Assembly: GCA_947648765.1 (NCBI GenBank)
Contig: CANSOY010000004.1
Span: 1 to 53,132, forward strand
DNA: 53,132 nucleotides
Reading direction: 5' to 3'
Source: an uncultured Clostridium sp.
GTDB lineage: Bacteria > Bacillota > Clostridia > TANB77 > CAG-508
The position numbers and the translations under genes are program-made. The first letter of the stretch is position 1. Every line of letters starts with the position of its first letter. Shown here piece after piece: positions 8,773 through 18,743 of the stretch. The notes below the pieces were generated by a model. It did no database searches and had not been told where the DNA came from. It was given only the letters and a program-made list of their open reading frames with translations.

Positions 8773-10524
8773 TTGTTTTCTAAACAGAAACTTTATGAAG
8801 GAGAAAACTTGCGAGATTTCCGTGAATTAGTAGAACGCTATCACACTCGTTATGCACAAAAAACAGCATTTCGTTTCAAACTTTCTCCCAAAGATACACA
8901 AATTCAGTCCATTTCGTATGAGGATTTTTACCAAGATATTCGTGTACTTGGTACCGCTCTTCTATCGCTTGGACTTTCTAAAAAGAGAATTGCCATCATT
9001 AGCCCAAACCGCTATGAGTGGTGCAGTAGTTATCTTGCGATTACCACTTCTGGTATTGTGGTTGTTCCTTTTGATAAAGCCTTACCCGAAAATGAATTAT
9101 TACAGTTATTAGAACGTAGCAAAGTAGATGGTATTTTCTTTGACCATAAATATTTATCCATGTTTACAAGCCTGGATTTGCCAAAGGATTTACCTTTGCA
9201 ACATTTAATTTGCATGGACGATTTATCTGAAGAGGAAAAACAGAGTTTATCTCGCTTTACCGTTTCTACTTATGCGGAGTTAATCCAAAAGGGAAAAGAA
9301 GAACAAGTCCAAGGAAATACCCAATATGACGAGGTTACCATTGGTCCAGATGAAATGGCAATTATGCTATTTACTTCTGGTACCACCTCAATTTCCAAGG
9401 CAGTTATGCTATCCCAAGCCAATATCTGTGCAGATATTTATGCCTTAAGCCAAATGGCAAAAGTAACCAAGGAAGATACGTTTCTATCGTTCCTTCCACT
9501 CCATCATACGTTCGAGTCCTCTTGTACCTTTTTATATGGCACTTCTTGTGGAATTACCATCGCTTTTTGTGATGGAATTCGTTATGCTGCACAAAATTTG
9601 AAGGAATACCAAGTAACAGGATTTGTGTGCGTTCCTTTGATGTTAGAAGCGATTTACAAGAAAATTACGAAAAAGATTGAAGAACAAGGCAAAACTGGAC
9701 TCATTCGTTTTGCAAGAGGACTTTCTCGTTTTCTTCTTTTCTTCCATATTGACGTCCGTCGTAAATTGTTTCGACCAATCTTAGACCAACTTGGTGGAAA
9801 ATTACGTATTCTCATTGCTGGTGGGGCACCTATGAACCCAGAAGTCATTGACGGCTATTTAAGTTTTGGTATCAACCTATTACAAGGCTATGGCTTAACG
9901 GAAACCTCCCCTGTTTTAGCAGGTGAAAACGACAAATACAAACGATTAGGTTCCGTTGGTTTTCCGCTTCCTGGCATTGAAATTGCAGTGGATAACCCAG
10001 ATGCAGATGGCGTTGGCGAATTGAAAGCCAAAGGTCCGACTGTTATGCTTGGCTATTATGAAAACGAAGAAGCCACTCAAAATGCGCTTCGTGATGGCTG
10101 GTTCTATACAGGCGATTTAGGATATATTGACAAAGACGGTTATGTCTTTATTACGGGTCGCAAAAAAGATGTTATTGTTTTGAAAAATGGAAAAAATATT
10201 TATCCAGAGGAGCTTGAAATCTTAATCAATCAACTACCATTTGTGGAAGAGAGTTTTGTCTTTGGTCAAAAGCAAGAGGATGATTACAAACTTTATGCCG
10301 AAATTGTTTATTCCGAAGAAAACTTGCAAAAAGAAAAACCAAACTTAAAGCCAGAAGAATATGAGGCTTTTACCTGGTCGGAAGTCAAAGAAAAAGTAAA
10401 TCATACCATTCCAAGTTATAAAGCAATTCGTAAGATTTTTATCACACAAGAGCCTTTGATAAAAACAACCACACAAAAAATTAAGCGTCATGAGGAACTT
10501 GCCAAAGTGCAAGAGTGGTTCTAA
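8773..10524 (+). CDS. Long-chain acyl-CoA synthetase (AMP-binding)
   Basis: FTSGTTS, LPLHHTFE, QGYGLTETSP, GWFYTGDLG, GRKKDVIV motifs; TTG start after GAAGGTG chosen (ORF open from 8731). Confidence 0.92.
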   Translation: MFSKQKLYEGENLRDFRELVERYHTRYAQKTAFRFKLSPKDTQIQSISYEDFYQDIRVLGTALLSLGLSKKRIAIISPNRYEWCSSYLAITTSGIVVVPFDKALPENELLQLLERSKVDGIFFDHKYLSMFTSLDLPKDLPLQHLICMDDLSEEEKQSLSRFTVSTYAELIQKGKEEQVQGNTQYDEVTIGPDEMAIMLFTSGTTSISKAVMLSQANICADIYALSQMAKVTKEDTFLSFLPLHHTFESSCTFLYGTSCGITIAFCDGIRYAAQNLKEYQVTGFVCVPLMLEAIYKKITKKIEEQGKTGLIRFARGLSRFLLFFHIDVRRKLFRPILDQLGGKLRILIAGGAPMNPEVIDGYLSFGINLLQGYGLTETSPVLAGENDKYKRLGSVGFPLPGIEIAVDNPDADGVGELKAKGPTVMLGYYENEEATQNALRDGWFYTGDLGYIDKDGYVFITGRKKDVIVLKNGKNIYPEELEILINQLPFVEESFVFGQKQEDDYKLYAEIVYSEENLQKEKPNLKPEEYEAFTWSEVKEKVNHTIPSYKAIRKIFITQEPLIKTTTQKIKRHEELAKVQEWF

Positions 10525-10769
10525 CACGATACGATATTTGCAATTCCATGTACTATGTACTAAACTATTTTTGTCAATTTTATTTTACTTATAGCTAAAA
10601 GATTTTTTACCCCCACGTTTTACGTGGGGGTTTCTTGTGAAAGGAGAAATTAGGATGGAACAATTTTTAGTTATATACTATGATAGTTGTAAAAAGTCGA
10701 GAATAATTTATGAATTTTGTAACGAATTTGAATTTTATACGTCATATATGTAGAAGGAGGATAAAAGTT

Positions 10770-11178
10770 ATGCAGGATATTGAAAAAATATATGAAGAAT
10801 ATTTTGAAATAGTAAACAAATATCTATTCTGTTTAACTCACAATAGTGATATTTCCGAGGAGCTTACTCAAGAAACCTTTTATAAAGCTGTACGAAAAAT
10901 AGATACATATAAAGGAGAGTGTAAGATATCTGTTTGGTTATGCCAAATTGCAAAAAATCTATGGTACGATGAGTGTAGAAAAAATAAAAAGATGATCCAC
11001 ACAGAAGAAGACTATCTGCACAATCTGCAGCCTTTAGATACAATCGAGGAACAAATTATTTCAAATGACGAAAAAGTTTCATTGTATAAAAAAATGCAAG
11101 TATTAGATGAAAAAAACAGAGAACTGGGCTAGAATAACATTTTATCGTGGAAAGAATCGATTAAAGGAGGTTGATTAG
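10770..11178 (+). pseudogene. ECF sigma factor with an internal deletion and frameshift in region 4
   Basis: Region 2 intact (SEELTQETFYKA..WLCQIAKN). Frame ends LDEKNRELG*; the +1 frame continues KTENWARITFYRGKNRLKEVD*, but the usual intervening helix-turn-helix segment is absent. Confidence 0.75.
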
Positions 11179-11179
11179 T

Positions 11180-11995
11180 ATGAAAGAAAGGAAAAATTGT
11201 AAAATTGTTCAAGATTTATTACCAAATTATATTGAAAGACTCACAAATGATGTAACAAACCAATATATAGAAGAACATATAAGTACATGTGCAGAATGTA
11301 AAGAAGTATTCGATAATATGCAAAAAGAGTTCAGGCTTAATGATTCTAAAAGAGATAATCGAGAAGTTAAATACATTAAAAAATTTAATAAAAAACTTAA
11401 GCTATTAAGAAATATATTATTGATTATCGTATTGCTATTTGTCATAATCATAGGCAGAAAAACACTTATAATTGTCAGTTTATCCCATAAGGTTACTAAT
11501 ACCATAAATGAAAGTAATACCTATACTAAAATAAACCAATACTCTGAAGGTCAGATGGTAATTTTTGAATCATATAACAAGGACGGAATTATTCTAGGAA
11601 CAAAGATTAATATATATGCAGATGGAAGACCATCTCAGAAAACAATACTCTATAAGTCAAAAACAGAGTTGCTGACTTTAATAGATGATGGTACAACAAA
11701 GAGCCTAAAGAATATAGGTGATATAACAATAAATCCAATCTTCTTTAGTGGTGAAACTTTATTTGAGAATTTATGGATTGCAATTACTACCAATATAGAT
11801 AAAGTTGAGCTTAATGGAAAGAAATGTTATCTGATTAGAGATGGCAACACAGAAAAGTTTATCGATATCAATACTGGCTTTGCAATAAAAATGATAGATA
11901 ATGAAAATAATACAACTACAGATTATAGGTATGAATTTGGTACTGTTAAGGATATAAACGTTGTTAGACCTGATACAACTGGGTATTCAAAGTAA
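11180..11995 (+). CDS. Zinc-finger (zf-HC2/ZAS) membrane anti-sigma factor
   Basis: CKIVQDLLPNYIE...HISTCAEC motif, one TM, extracellular domain; directly follows the ECF gene. Confidence 0.88.
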   Translation: MKERKNCKIVQDLLPNYIERLTNDVTNQYIEEHISTCAECKEVFDNMQKEFRLNDSKRDNREVKYIKKFNKKLKLLRNILLIIVLLFVIIIGRKTLIIVSLSHKVTNTINESNTYTKINQYSEGQMVIFESYNKDGIILGTKINIYADGRPSQKTILYKSKTELLTLIDDGTTKSLKNIGDITINPIFFSGETLFENLWIAITTNIDKVELNGKKCYLIRDGNTEKFIDINTGFAIKMIDNENNTTTDYRYEFGTVKDINVVRPDTTGYSK

Positions 11996-12008
11996 TAAAA
12001 ATCATAAA

Positions 12009-12043
12009 AAGAGCAGGTAGAAATTTAGAAACCTCCTGCTCTT
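12009..12043 (+). terminator. Putative terminator after the anti-sigma gene
   Basis: aagagcagg ... cctgctctt inverted repeat. Confidence 0.55.
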
Positions 12044-12429
12044 GTATCATAGAATTTTTGGCATTAGAAATTTAGGAAGTATTAGGCTGTTCATCCGCAC
12101 GATGGTGTGAAAGTTACCATTCAGGCTCAGAACGCCAACGGTAGATGGACGAATGTTACAAGCGCGACACCTCCAGTTGGTCAGACATGGCAATACCATA
12201 TCCGTCAGGCATCTGGCCGCAACTATCGGATGAAACTTGAGGCAACCGCCTCCAGTGTTTCGTGTGTGATTACTGAATTTCCGCCGGTCAACTGAGACCG
12301 TCAATGCCTAAATAACAGTTAAGTAAACAATCTGCACATTCCAGTTACAAGAGATGAATTCTACTGAGTTCGTCCCAAATCTTAACAGTTTGAACGACTA
12401 ACAAATTTTACTTTGTTAGTCGCCTTTTT

Positions 12430-13344
12430 TTATTTTCTTTGCAAACTTGCAAGTGCCCAGTCGTGGGTATCAGTTGTGATAACACTTCCACAATATTCGC
12501 ATTTGCCGGATGATGTAATCTTGGTTGGTGCTCCACAGTTTGGACAATTTGTCGTGTCAATCTCTCCCGTTGCTTTTGTGGTTGTTACGCCAGTGGTACG
12601 GGTAAAGGTTAATAAATACGTATTGGTTCTTTCAGTCGTCTTATCCCCTCGTAACACCCTTCCCGTATTAGCATCCATAATGTAGTCTATCATACGCGAG
12701 TTTAGTTCTACGGTTAAGACATCTTGCCCACCCTCTTGTCGGAAACTATATAGGTAAGCATAATTCACGCAGATACGGTCCATGACATTGATGGTATGGT
12801 TGTTGATATAGCCTTGTAATTGCGCCTTGTGTTGTTCAAATAATTCTTTGGTTTCAAAGGTTCGGATGGTTTCCCAATCACAAGCAGTCCATGCTTCTTG
12901 TAATTTGACAAAAAGCGTTTTTGACCAAGCAATAAAGTTTTCTTTGTTGAAATCTGGGTCAATTGCTTTTACTTTCGCAAGTACACTTGTTTCATACATA
13001 CCTGGATTATCTCTTCGTTCATAAGGATTTACTCTTGGTGGATTTCTTCGGCTATTTTTCCCTACGATAGAAGCAATTACAATCGCAGCAACTATGATAA
13101 ACCATAGAAAAGAACCAAAACCGTCAATAAAACCTCCACCATAGTATCCATAATCATAATCGTCGTCATCCCAATCCCAACTGCTTGAACTTCCCCAATC
13201 ACTATCCCAACTACCACCGCCCCAGTCGCTTCCGCTATCATAGGACTCGAACGAGCCTACATCAGCAAAAACAGGGCGAGCCAGTAGCAGAATAGTAAGG
13301 AATATTAGGCAAATTATCTTTTTTCCATTTATTTTTTTCTTCAT
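12430..13344 (-). CDS. Tim44-like domain membrane protein with a C-terminal zinc ribbon
   Basis: Signal peptide, Gly/Ser/Asp/Trp-rich linker, TM, IDPDFNKENFI..LQEAW Tim44 core, CPNCGAP..CEYCG. Confidence 0.85.
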   Translation of the reverse strand: MKKKINGKKIICLIFLTILLLARPVFADVGSFESYDSGSDWGGGSWDSDWGSSSSWDWDDDDYDYGYYGGGFIDGFGSFLWFIIVAAIVIASIVGKNSRRNPPRVNPYERRDNPGMYETSVLAKVKAIDPDFNKENFIAWSKTLFVKLQEAWTACDWETIRTFETKELFEQHKAQLQGYINNHTINVMDRICVNYAYLYSFRQEGGQDVLTVELNSRMIDYIMDANTGRVLRGDKTTERTNTYLLTFTRTTGVTTTKATGEIDTTNCPNCGAPTKITSSGKCEYCGSVITTDTHDWALASLQRK

Positions 13345-13445
13345 TTTTCTTTCCCCTTCTACTCAAAATTATATCTTTTTTCGTAGAGTTGTGTCAATAA
13401 AAACCGAAAAAGAAAAGACTGGTAATCTTTTCTTTCTATTTGTTT

Positions 13446-14150
13446 TTAATTCATGACTTGCAAAGCCGCGCCTTGGTCCGTTCCCTCTAGGTTATAATAG
13501 GTGGACGGGATTTCTCCTACAATAACCGCTTCTGCCAGTAGCACCTGGCTATTTACGGTTTCAGTTGTACTGTGAAAAGGAGTATATACTGTCGTTGTAG
13601 AAATCACATTGATATAGATACGGTGCAGGGTTTGGTTAATCCCTTGTGTCGTGAATTCACTTTTTAATTCAGTTTGAACATGTCCTGCTGTTTGCACTTG
13701 GTAATTTACCTTCGGCCCTTTTCCGGCAAGCAATTTACTTCCCGTAAAACTCCCCAAACGAATGGCAAAACTCTCTTCATCGTATTGGTCTAGTCCTTCT
13801 TGCACTCCATTTTCAACTTGTGCCATAATTTGATTGACAAGTCCTACATCAATTTGGATCATTTTAATATTACTTTTTTCGTCTTTTTCCACTCTCGCAA
13901 TATCTGCATAATGGTATTGGTCTGCCATTTTTTGTACTTCTATACTCGCAAATTCGGAGGAAATAGAAATCGCAATATCTTTACATTTTTCTTCAATGAT
14001 TGGCTGAATGGAATAATAGGAAATGGAGAAGGTTAAAATGGCAATGAGTAAGATTAGCATACCAGTTATTATTCTTTTTTTCTTCTTGGCATGAAATCTG
14101 CTCTTCCTTCTCCCTGCATAAATTCTCTCAACTTTATTAGGGTCAGTCAT
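13446..14150 (-). CDS. yunB: Sporulation protein YunB
   Basis: IRLGSFTGSKLLAGKGPKV, SEFTTQGINQTLHRIY, VIVGEIPSTYY. Confidence 0.92.
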   Translation of the reverse strand: MTDPNKVERIYAGRRKSRFHAKKKKRIITGMLILLIAILTFSISYYSIQPIIEEKCKDIAISISSEFASIEVQKMADQYHYADIARVEKDEKSNIKMIQIDVGLVNQIMAQVENGVQEGLDQYDEESFAIRLGSFTGSKLLAGKGPKVNYQVQTAGHVQTELKSEFTTQGINQTLHRIYINVISTTTVYTPFHSTTETVNSQVLLAEAVIVGEIPSTYYNLEGTDQGAALQVMN

Positions 14151-14153
14151 ATG

Positions 14154-15695
14154 TTATCCAGCACATTTACTAGCATAACTTGGGATGTATAACTTTTGCC
14201 CAATTTTCAAATTCTTTTCCTGTTCAATTTGATTAACTCGCTTGATTTCCTCCACCGTTGAGCAAAATCTTTTGGCAATTTCCCACAAAGTATCTTTTGG
14301 CTTAACAAAATAGATTACCATTCCATGCTTTTCTAATTCTTCCTCGGTTTCTTCTATTGTCTCAAGCAAGTTGAGTTCGGTTACATTGGAAATATCTACT
14401 GAAAATTCGAGTTCGATTTTAATGGCAATTTGGTCATCGGTTTCAATGACAAATTGGTCGTTTAATACCATAATGTTACTCTTTATCCTAGAGCCTGCTT
14501 CAATTCTTGCATTTTCAATGGTGTAATCAAACGGTAGTACAATTTTTTTGCTTTCTACACTGCTTGAATTTTCTCCTCGGTAGATAAACTCAACCTCTAC
14601 TTCTCCAATAGTTTCCATCCTACCATTCATTTTCTCTACTTCATTTAACCTAGTGGTTACTTTGGCGTCATAAATATTTTGTCCTACCAATTCCTCAATT
14701 CGTTGTTTTTCTTGCAAAGTAAACTTTTCTTTGACTGGCTCGGTTCTTTCTAGCACACGAATTTGTTTGCTTTGATAAGCAAGTTTCTTTTCTGTGCTGT
14801 ATAGGTCTTGGATTAGCTCTACTTGGGCATTATGGTAGATTTTTAGTTCCGCTTCTAGCTCACATTCTACATAAATGGAATGTTCCTCAACTGGGTTTGG
14901 CTTTAAGATGACATTTCGAGTTTCATAGCGTACATCGCAAAAATCTTCTTCCTTGACGTCTTGAATATCTACAAACCCCATAACCGGAATACGATTTTCG
15001 ATGGTTTTCATGCGTTTATCTTCTGTTAAATAGAGGATTTTGACCATTAAATCTGCCTTTAGCAATACTTTATGATAACTTACTTTATAGTCGTGGTTGA
15101 TTAACTTCATTTCTGCTTTCAAAATTTCGGCTAAATCATCTGCATTGTCTATCATGAAAGTATCTTTGGCAAAAATCTTCGTGTTCCCTTCTCCGACCAA
15201 AGAACTAATCTTGGTTGGAATTGCCATTTTTTGAATATTGGCGACTTCCTCTAAACTTTCGATTACTTCTACATTTTCATTTTGGTAAATGGTGCTACTT
15301 GCTTCTAAAATGGCTTTTACACGCACTTTTCTTCCATTTAGAATTTTACACTCAATGCTCTTTACTTTGACCTCTACTTCGCAGGAAGCATTTGGTTCAA
15401 TCTCTTCAAATTCCATGCTTTCGGTAAAGTCTAAATTGGTTTGTAGCCCACGTACTTTTCCCTCTTCTTCGTCTGCTAAATACATAATATATGTTTGTAA
15501 AGTTCCATCAAACCTTAACTTGTTTTGGTTCATTTCTTTTTTATACAAGCATACCATCCCACTTGTTGTAATGGTATTTAAGATGTCCGGTTTGATGTCT
15601 GGAATAATGACATCTGCCTCAATTACAAAGTTTTCACTTTTTTGGTCTGTCATTCGGTTCATATTTAGATTTGTCTTTTTTGTAACGATTTCCAT
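14154..15695 (-). CDS. sipL: SPOCS (DUF3794) repeat plus LysM spore coat morphogenetic protein (SipL-like)
   Basis: DVIIPDIKPDI repeat domains and C-terminal LysM (YFVKPKDTLWEIAKRF). Confidence 0.85.
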   Translation of the reverse strand: MEIVTKKTNLNMNRMTDQKSENFVIEADVIIPDIKPDILNTITTSGMVCLYKKEMNQNKLRFDGTLQTYIMYLADEEEGKVRGLQTNLDFTESMEFEEIEPNASCEVEVKVKSIECKILNGRKVRVKAILEASSTIYQNENVEVIESLEEVANIQKMAIPTKISSLVGEGNTKIFAKDTFMIDNADDLAEILKAEMKLINHDYKVSYHKVLLKADLMVKILYLTEDKRMKTIENRIPVMGFVDIQDVKEEDFCDVRYETRNVILKPNPVEEHSIYVECELEAELKIYHNAQVELIQDLYSTEKKLAYQSKQIRVLERTEPVKEKFTLQEKQRIEELVGQNIYDAKVTTRLNEVEKMNGRMETIGEVEVEFIYRGENSSSVESKKIVLPFDYTIENARIEAGSRIKSNIMVLNDQFVIETDDQIAIKIELEFSVDISNVTELNLLETIEETEEELEKHGMVIYFVKPKDTLWEIAKRFCSTVEEIKRVNQIEQEKNLKIGQKLYIPSYASKCAG

Positions 15696-15789
15696 TTCGT
15701 AACCTCCCTATTTTCTTTTAGTTCCATTGTATGGGAGGAGTCAAAAAAAAATTCCTATTTCTAGGAATTTTTGTATTCTCTTTTATTTT

Positions 15790-16080
15790 CTAAACCACTC
15801 TTGTCTTTTTTATATCTGGCATTGGTGGTACCAAGGAATAGTATCCTTCTCCATCAAACACAGATACATCAATGGTTCTGGTCAACACATCCGCATAATT
15901 GAAAGACTCTGTTTTATTGGCTGAGTCGTCTGCGTATTTTACGCGGAAAAAACAAGGGTATGCTTTTTCGATTGTAGCCTCTTTCTCAAAGACTTTGCTT
16001 CTTCCTCTGGAACCTTTGATGATTACTTTTTGTCCTACCTTTTCCTCAATTCCAGATTTTAGATTTGCAATGTTAATCAT
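15790..16080 (-). CDS. veg: Veg family protein
   Basis: VGQKVIIKGSRGRSK...IEKAYP..F...SFNYADVLT; yabG-veg synteny; start after GTAGGTGA. Confidence 0.88.
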   Translation of the reverse strand: MINIANLKSGIEEKVGQKVIIKGSRGRSKVFEKEATIEKAYPCFFRVKYADDSANKTESFNYADVLTRTIDVSVFDGEGYYSLVPPMPDIKKTRVV

Positions 16081-16244
16081 ATTATCACCTACACTCTTAT
16101 TTGATACTGGCATTATATCATCGGGACTGCCTAATGTCAAAAAAGCAATTCTATTGTCGATTGTTCAAATTCACTTGTTTTACCTGTTTGCCGTTTTCAT
16201 TACTATTTTGTTACATTTTTGTAACAAAATAGTAATATTGTAAA

Positions 16245-17051
16245 TTACTGGATGTATTTTACTTCTTTTTTCCCCATGCTTCCAATTCCGTTAATCCCTC
16301 GTCTACCATCTCTTAACTCGTCTTCAAAGTCCTGTATCATTAAGAATTGGTGGCAGTCTGTCATAGCAATTTTACACGCCACCACTAATGGGTCTTTGAA
16401 ATCGATTAAAATACGGGCAGGGGAAGAAGCAAAATTGGCTCCTACTTCGATTAGTCCTTCATAATAACTTTGGCAGGCACCTGCAAAGATGACAATATCT
16501 TGACTGCACTTGCGAACTTCTTTGACTGCTTCCATAAAAAAGCGAGAATTACGATAATTGTTCATATCGTTATATCCCACTTTCTTTTTTAACATCCCAT
16601 CGTGTCCTGTAATCACAACAACATCTGGACGATATTTTTCGACAAATTTTCGGATGAGTCTGGCTTGCTCGCTTTCTTTAATATTCTTTACAACCGCTTC
16701 TAAGCCATTTTTGAGATAATATCGTTCGGACTTTTCTGCATAACGACGGTCCCCATCTAAATGCAAAATTCGTCCTGTCTGCTCTACTTTCTCCCATCTG
16801 GTTTTAGCGCCTTTTTTCTCTTTTTCTCCTAATATTTTTTCGTCCCAAGAACGTAAGGTTTCTTTTACTTCTTTAACAGCTACCTTTTCTAAGTCTTCTA
16901 ATAGACTATCTGCTGTAATACGAATGGTTAGCCCTTTTAGAATTGCTAACTTCCCGATTGGCAATTCTCGAATTTCCTCTACACAAAATAGAATGTCTTT
17001 TCCATAAGATTTTCTTACGACAATATCGCCTTCACGAATTCGACCTAACAT
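16245..17051 (-). CDS. yabG: Sporulation peptidase YabG
   Basis: GDIVVRKSYGKDILF, ILHLDGD, VITGHDG, FAGACQS, GANFASSP. Confidence 0.95.
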   Translation of the reverse strand: MLGRIREGDIVVRKSYGKDILFCVEEIRELPIGKLAILKGLTIRITADSLLEDLEKVAVKEVKETLRSWDEKILGEKEKKGAKTRWEKVEQTGRILHLDGDRRYAEKSERYYLKNGLEAVVKNIKESEQARLIRKFVEKYRPDVVVITGHDGMLKKKVGYNDMNNYRNSRFFMEAVKEVRKCSQDIVIFAGACQSYYEGLIEVGANFASSPARILIDFKDPLVVACKIAMTDCHQFLMIQDFEDELRDGRRGINGIGSMGKKEVKYIQ

Positions 17052-17179
17052 TTTCTCACCTCTTCATTTTGCATAATATATTTTATGTCGAAACTTGGAA
17101 AATGTGCTTGAGAGATACTTGAGAAAAATGTTTTTTGGTAGTATACTGTTAAGCAGAAATTTGAAAAAGGAGTTTTTTT

Positions 17180-17434
17180 ATGGATTTTGAAAAAGAAATT
17201 AAACAGATACAAGAACGAAATACAAGAGTGGAATTAGACAAAAGATGGGAAACTTGTTGGACAAGACGAGTTTGTATCTGCATTTTAACCTATCTTGTTG
17301 TTGTGATTTATTCTTATGTAATCCGCTATTGGTCTAACATTTTCCTTAGTTCTCTTGTTCCAGTCATTGGCTTTACTTTGTCTACTTTATCTTTACGATT
17401 TGTACGCAAACTATGGGAAAAGAAATTGAAATAG
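17180..17434 (+). CDS. Small membrane protein of unknown function
   Basis: RBS AAAAGGAG; ERNTRVELDKRWET followed by two TM segments. Confidence 0.75.
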   Translation: MDFEKEIKQIQERNTRVELDKRWETCWTRRVCICILTYLVVVIYSYVIRYWSNIFLSSLVPVIGFTLSTLSLRFVRKLWEKKLK

Positions 17435-17488
17435 AGAAAAGATGCTTGGCACAAAATGTGTAAGCATCTTTTTTTGTTATGTTTCTAT

Positions 17489-17842
17489 TTAGCCATACCA
17501 TACCACGCCTTCTTTATGCACATTCCTATAGAATGGTACAACGTCAATTCTTTTGTTATATTTTTCAATATTTTTTACAAGCGGAGATAAGGCAATTTTG
17601 AAGTTTCTTTTCCATTCAATTTCCCATGAATAGTCAACTATTTTTATTTTATACTTCTCTATCTCTACTTCATTTAAGTCTGTTAATACCATAATGTCGA
17701 TATCTGAACTCTCATTATAATCCCCTCTTGCATAAGATCCATACAAAATAACCTTCTGTAAATGTTCTCCCAAGATTTGCTTTGCTCCCTCCACAAAACA
17801 ATCTAATATTTCTTTTACATCAGGTGGCATTTCCTTTTTCAT
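17489..17842 (-). CDS. Minimal nucleotidyltransferase (MNT antitoxin-like)
   Basis: VILYGSYARGDYNESSDIDIMVL; C-terminal PFYRNVHKEGV. Confidence 0.88.
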   Translation of the reverse strand: MKKEMPPDVKEILDCFVEGAKQILGEHLQKVILYGSYARGDYNESSDIDIMVLTDLNEVEIEKYKIKIVDYSWEIEWKRNFKIALSPLVKNIEKYNKRIDVVPFYRNVHKEGVVWYG

Positions 17843-17928
17843 ACCTTTTTACCTCTCTCCTGTTTTTCCAGTCTTAGTATATTACATTTTTTTATATTTT
17901 TCTACTACATATTATCCTGTATCTTTTC

Positions 17929-17958
17929 TTGACAATACGTTACGTATTATTGTATAAT
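17929..17958 (+). promoter_or_regulatory. hicAB promoter with a palindromic operator
   Basis: TTGACA-18-TATAAT with AATACGT-T-ACGTATT (17934-17948) spanning the spacer. Confidence 0.75.
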
Positions 17959-17994
17959 AATTTCAGCCTAATATGAAAGGAGAATTTTTATTCT

Positions 17995-18182
17995 ATGACG
18001 ATAACTCCGAAAAAGTTAGTAAAACTTTTGAAGAGAAATCGGTTGGTATGAAGTAAAACAAGAAGGGTCGCACTTACGTCTAAGAAAAGAACGGTTTTAC
18101 AGATATCATTGTTCCTATGCACAATAAAGACCTGCCCACAGGCTTGCTGAAAAAACTATTAAAGCAGTCTGGGCTCGAATAG
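17995..18182 (+). CDS. hicA: HicA mRNA interferase toxin, 61 aa, requiring two +1 shifts at CGG (18040 and 18092)
   Basis: Reconstructed MTITPKKLVKLLKRN-G-WYEVKQEGSHLRLRKE-G-FTDIIVPMHNKDLPTGLLKKLLKQSGLE carries the GW..GSH..VPMH..DL..G HicA signature; directly upstream of hicB. Confidence 0.85.
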
Positions 18183-18225
18183 TTTTTGTTCTTACGTTCA
18201 TATTATAATAGAAAGAGGTGTAATC

Positions 18226-18633
18226 ATGAAGAAAGAAGTATTGTTCACTTATCCTGCAATTTTTCATTTTGAAGACGGACAGTATTGGTGCGAATTTATT
18301 GATTTGAAAGGTTGCTTTAGTTCCGGAACTACTTTACCAGAAGCAATGGAGAACTCCAAAGAGGCTATGGGCTTATACCTAGAAGGCTTAGAGGAATATC
18401 CAAAATGTACTACGAATATACAAAATATAAAATTAGAAGATAACCAATTTATTTCCTTTGTTACGATTAACATGGAAGAACATTGTAAAAAATATGCCAC
18501 AAAATCTGTCAAAAAAACACTATCCATCCCTGCTTGGCTCAATACACTTGCTGAAAAAGAGCACATCAATTTTTCCCAAGTGCTCCAAAAGGCTTTGATG
18601 GATCTATTAGACACAAGCCAAATAAAAAGATAG
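18226..18633 (+). CDS. hicB: HicB antitoxin
   Basis: YPAIF..EFIDLKGCFSSG.T..EAM..KEAMGL; VKKTLSIPAWLN..AEKEHINFSQVLQ. Confidence 0.93.
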   Translation: MKKEVLFTYPAIFHFEDGQYWCEFIDLKGCFSSGTTLPEAMENSKEAMGLYLEGLEEYPKCTTNIQNIKLEDNQFISFVTINMEEHCKKYATKSVKKTLSIPAWLNTLAEKEHINFSQVLQKALMDLLDTSQIKR

Positions 18634-18743
18634 AAATTACGCCTAAACTTCGTAATAAAATCAATCGAAGACTTGATTTACCAATCGTTTTGTCTTCTAA
18701 CAAAAACAAGGACCTTGCCTTTTCGTGCAAAGTCCTTTTCTTT

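Noticed and set aside
14101-14640. AGG as a second shift codon
   Set aside because: In-frame AGG occurs in intact yunB (GGG AGA AGG) and sipL (GGT AGG ATG) with no frame break.
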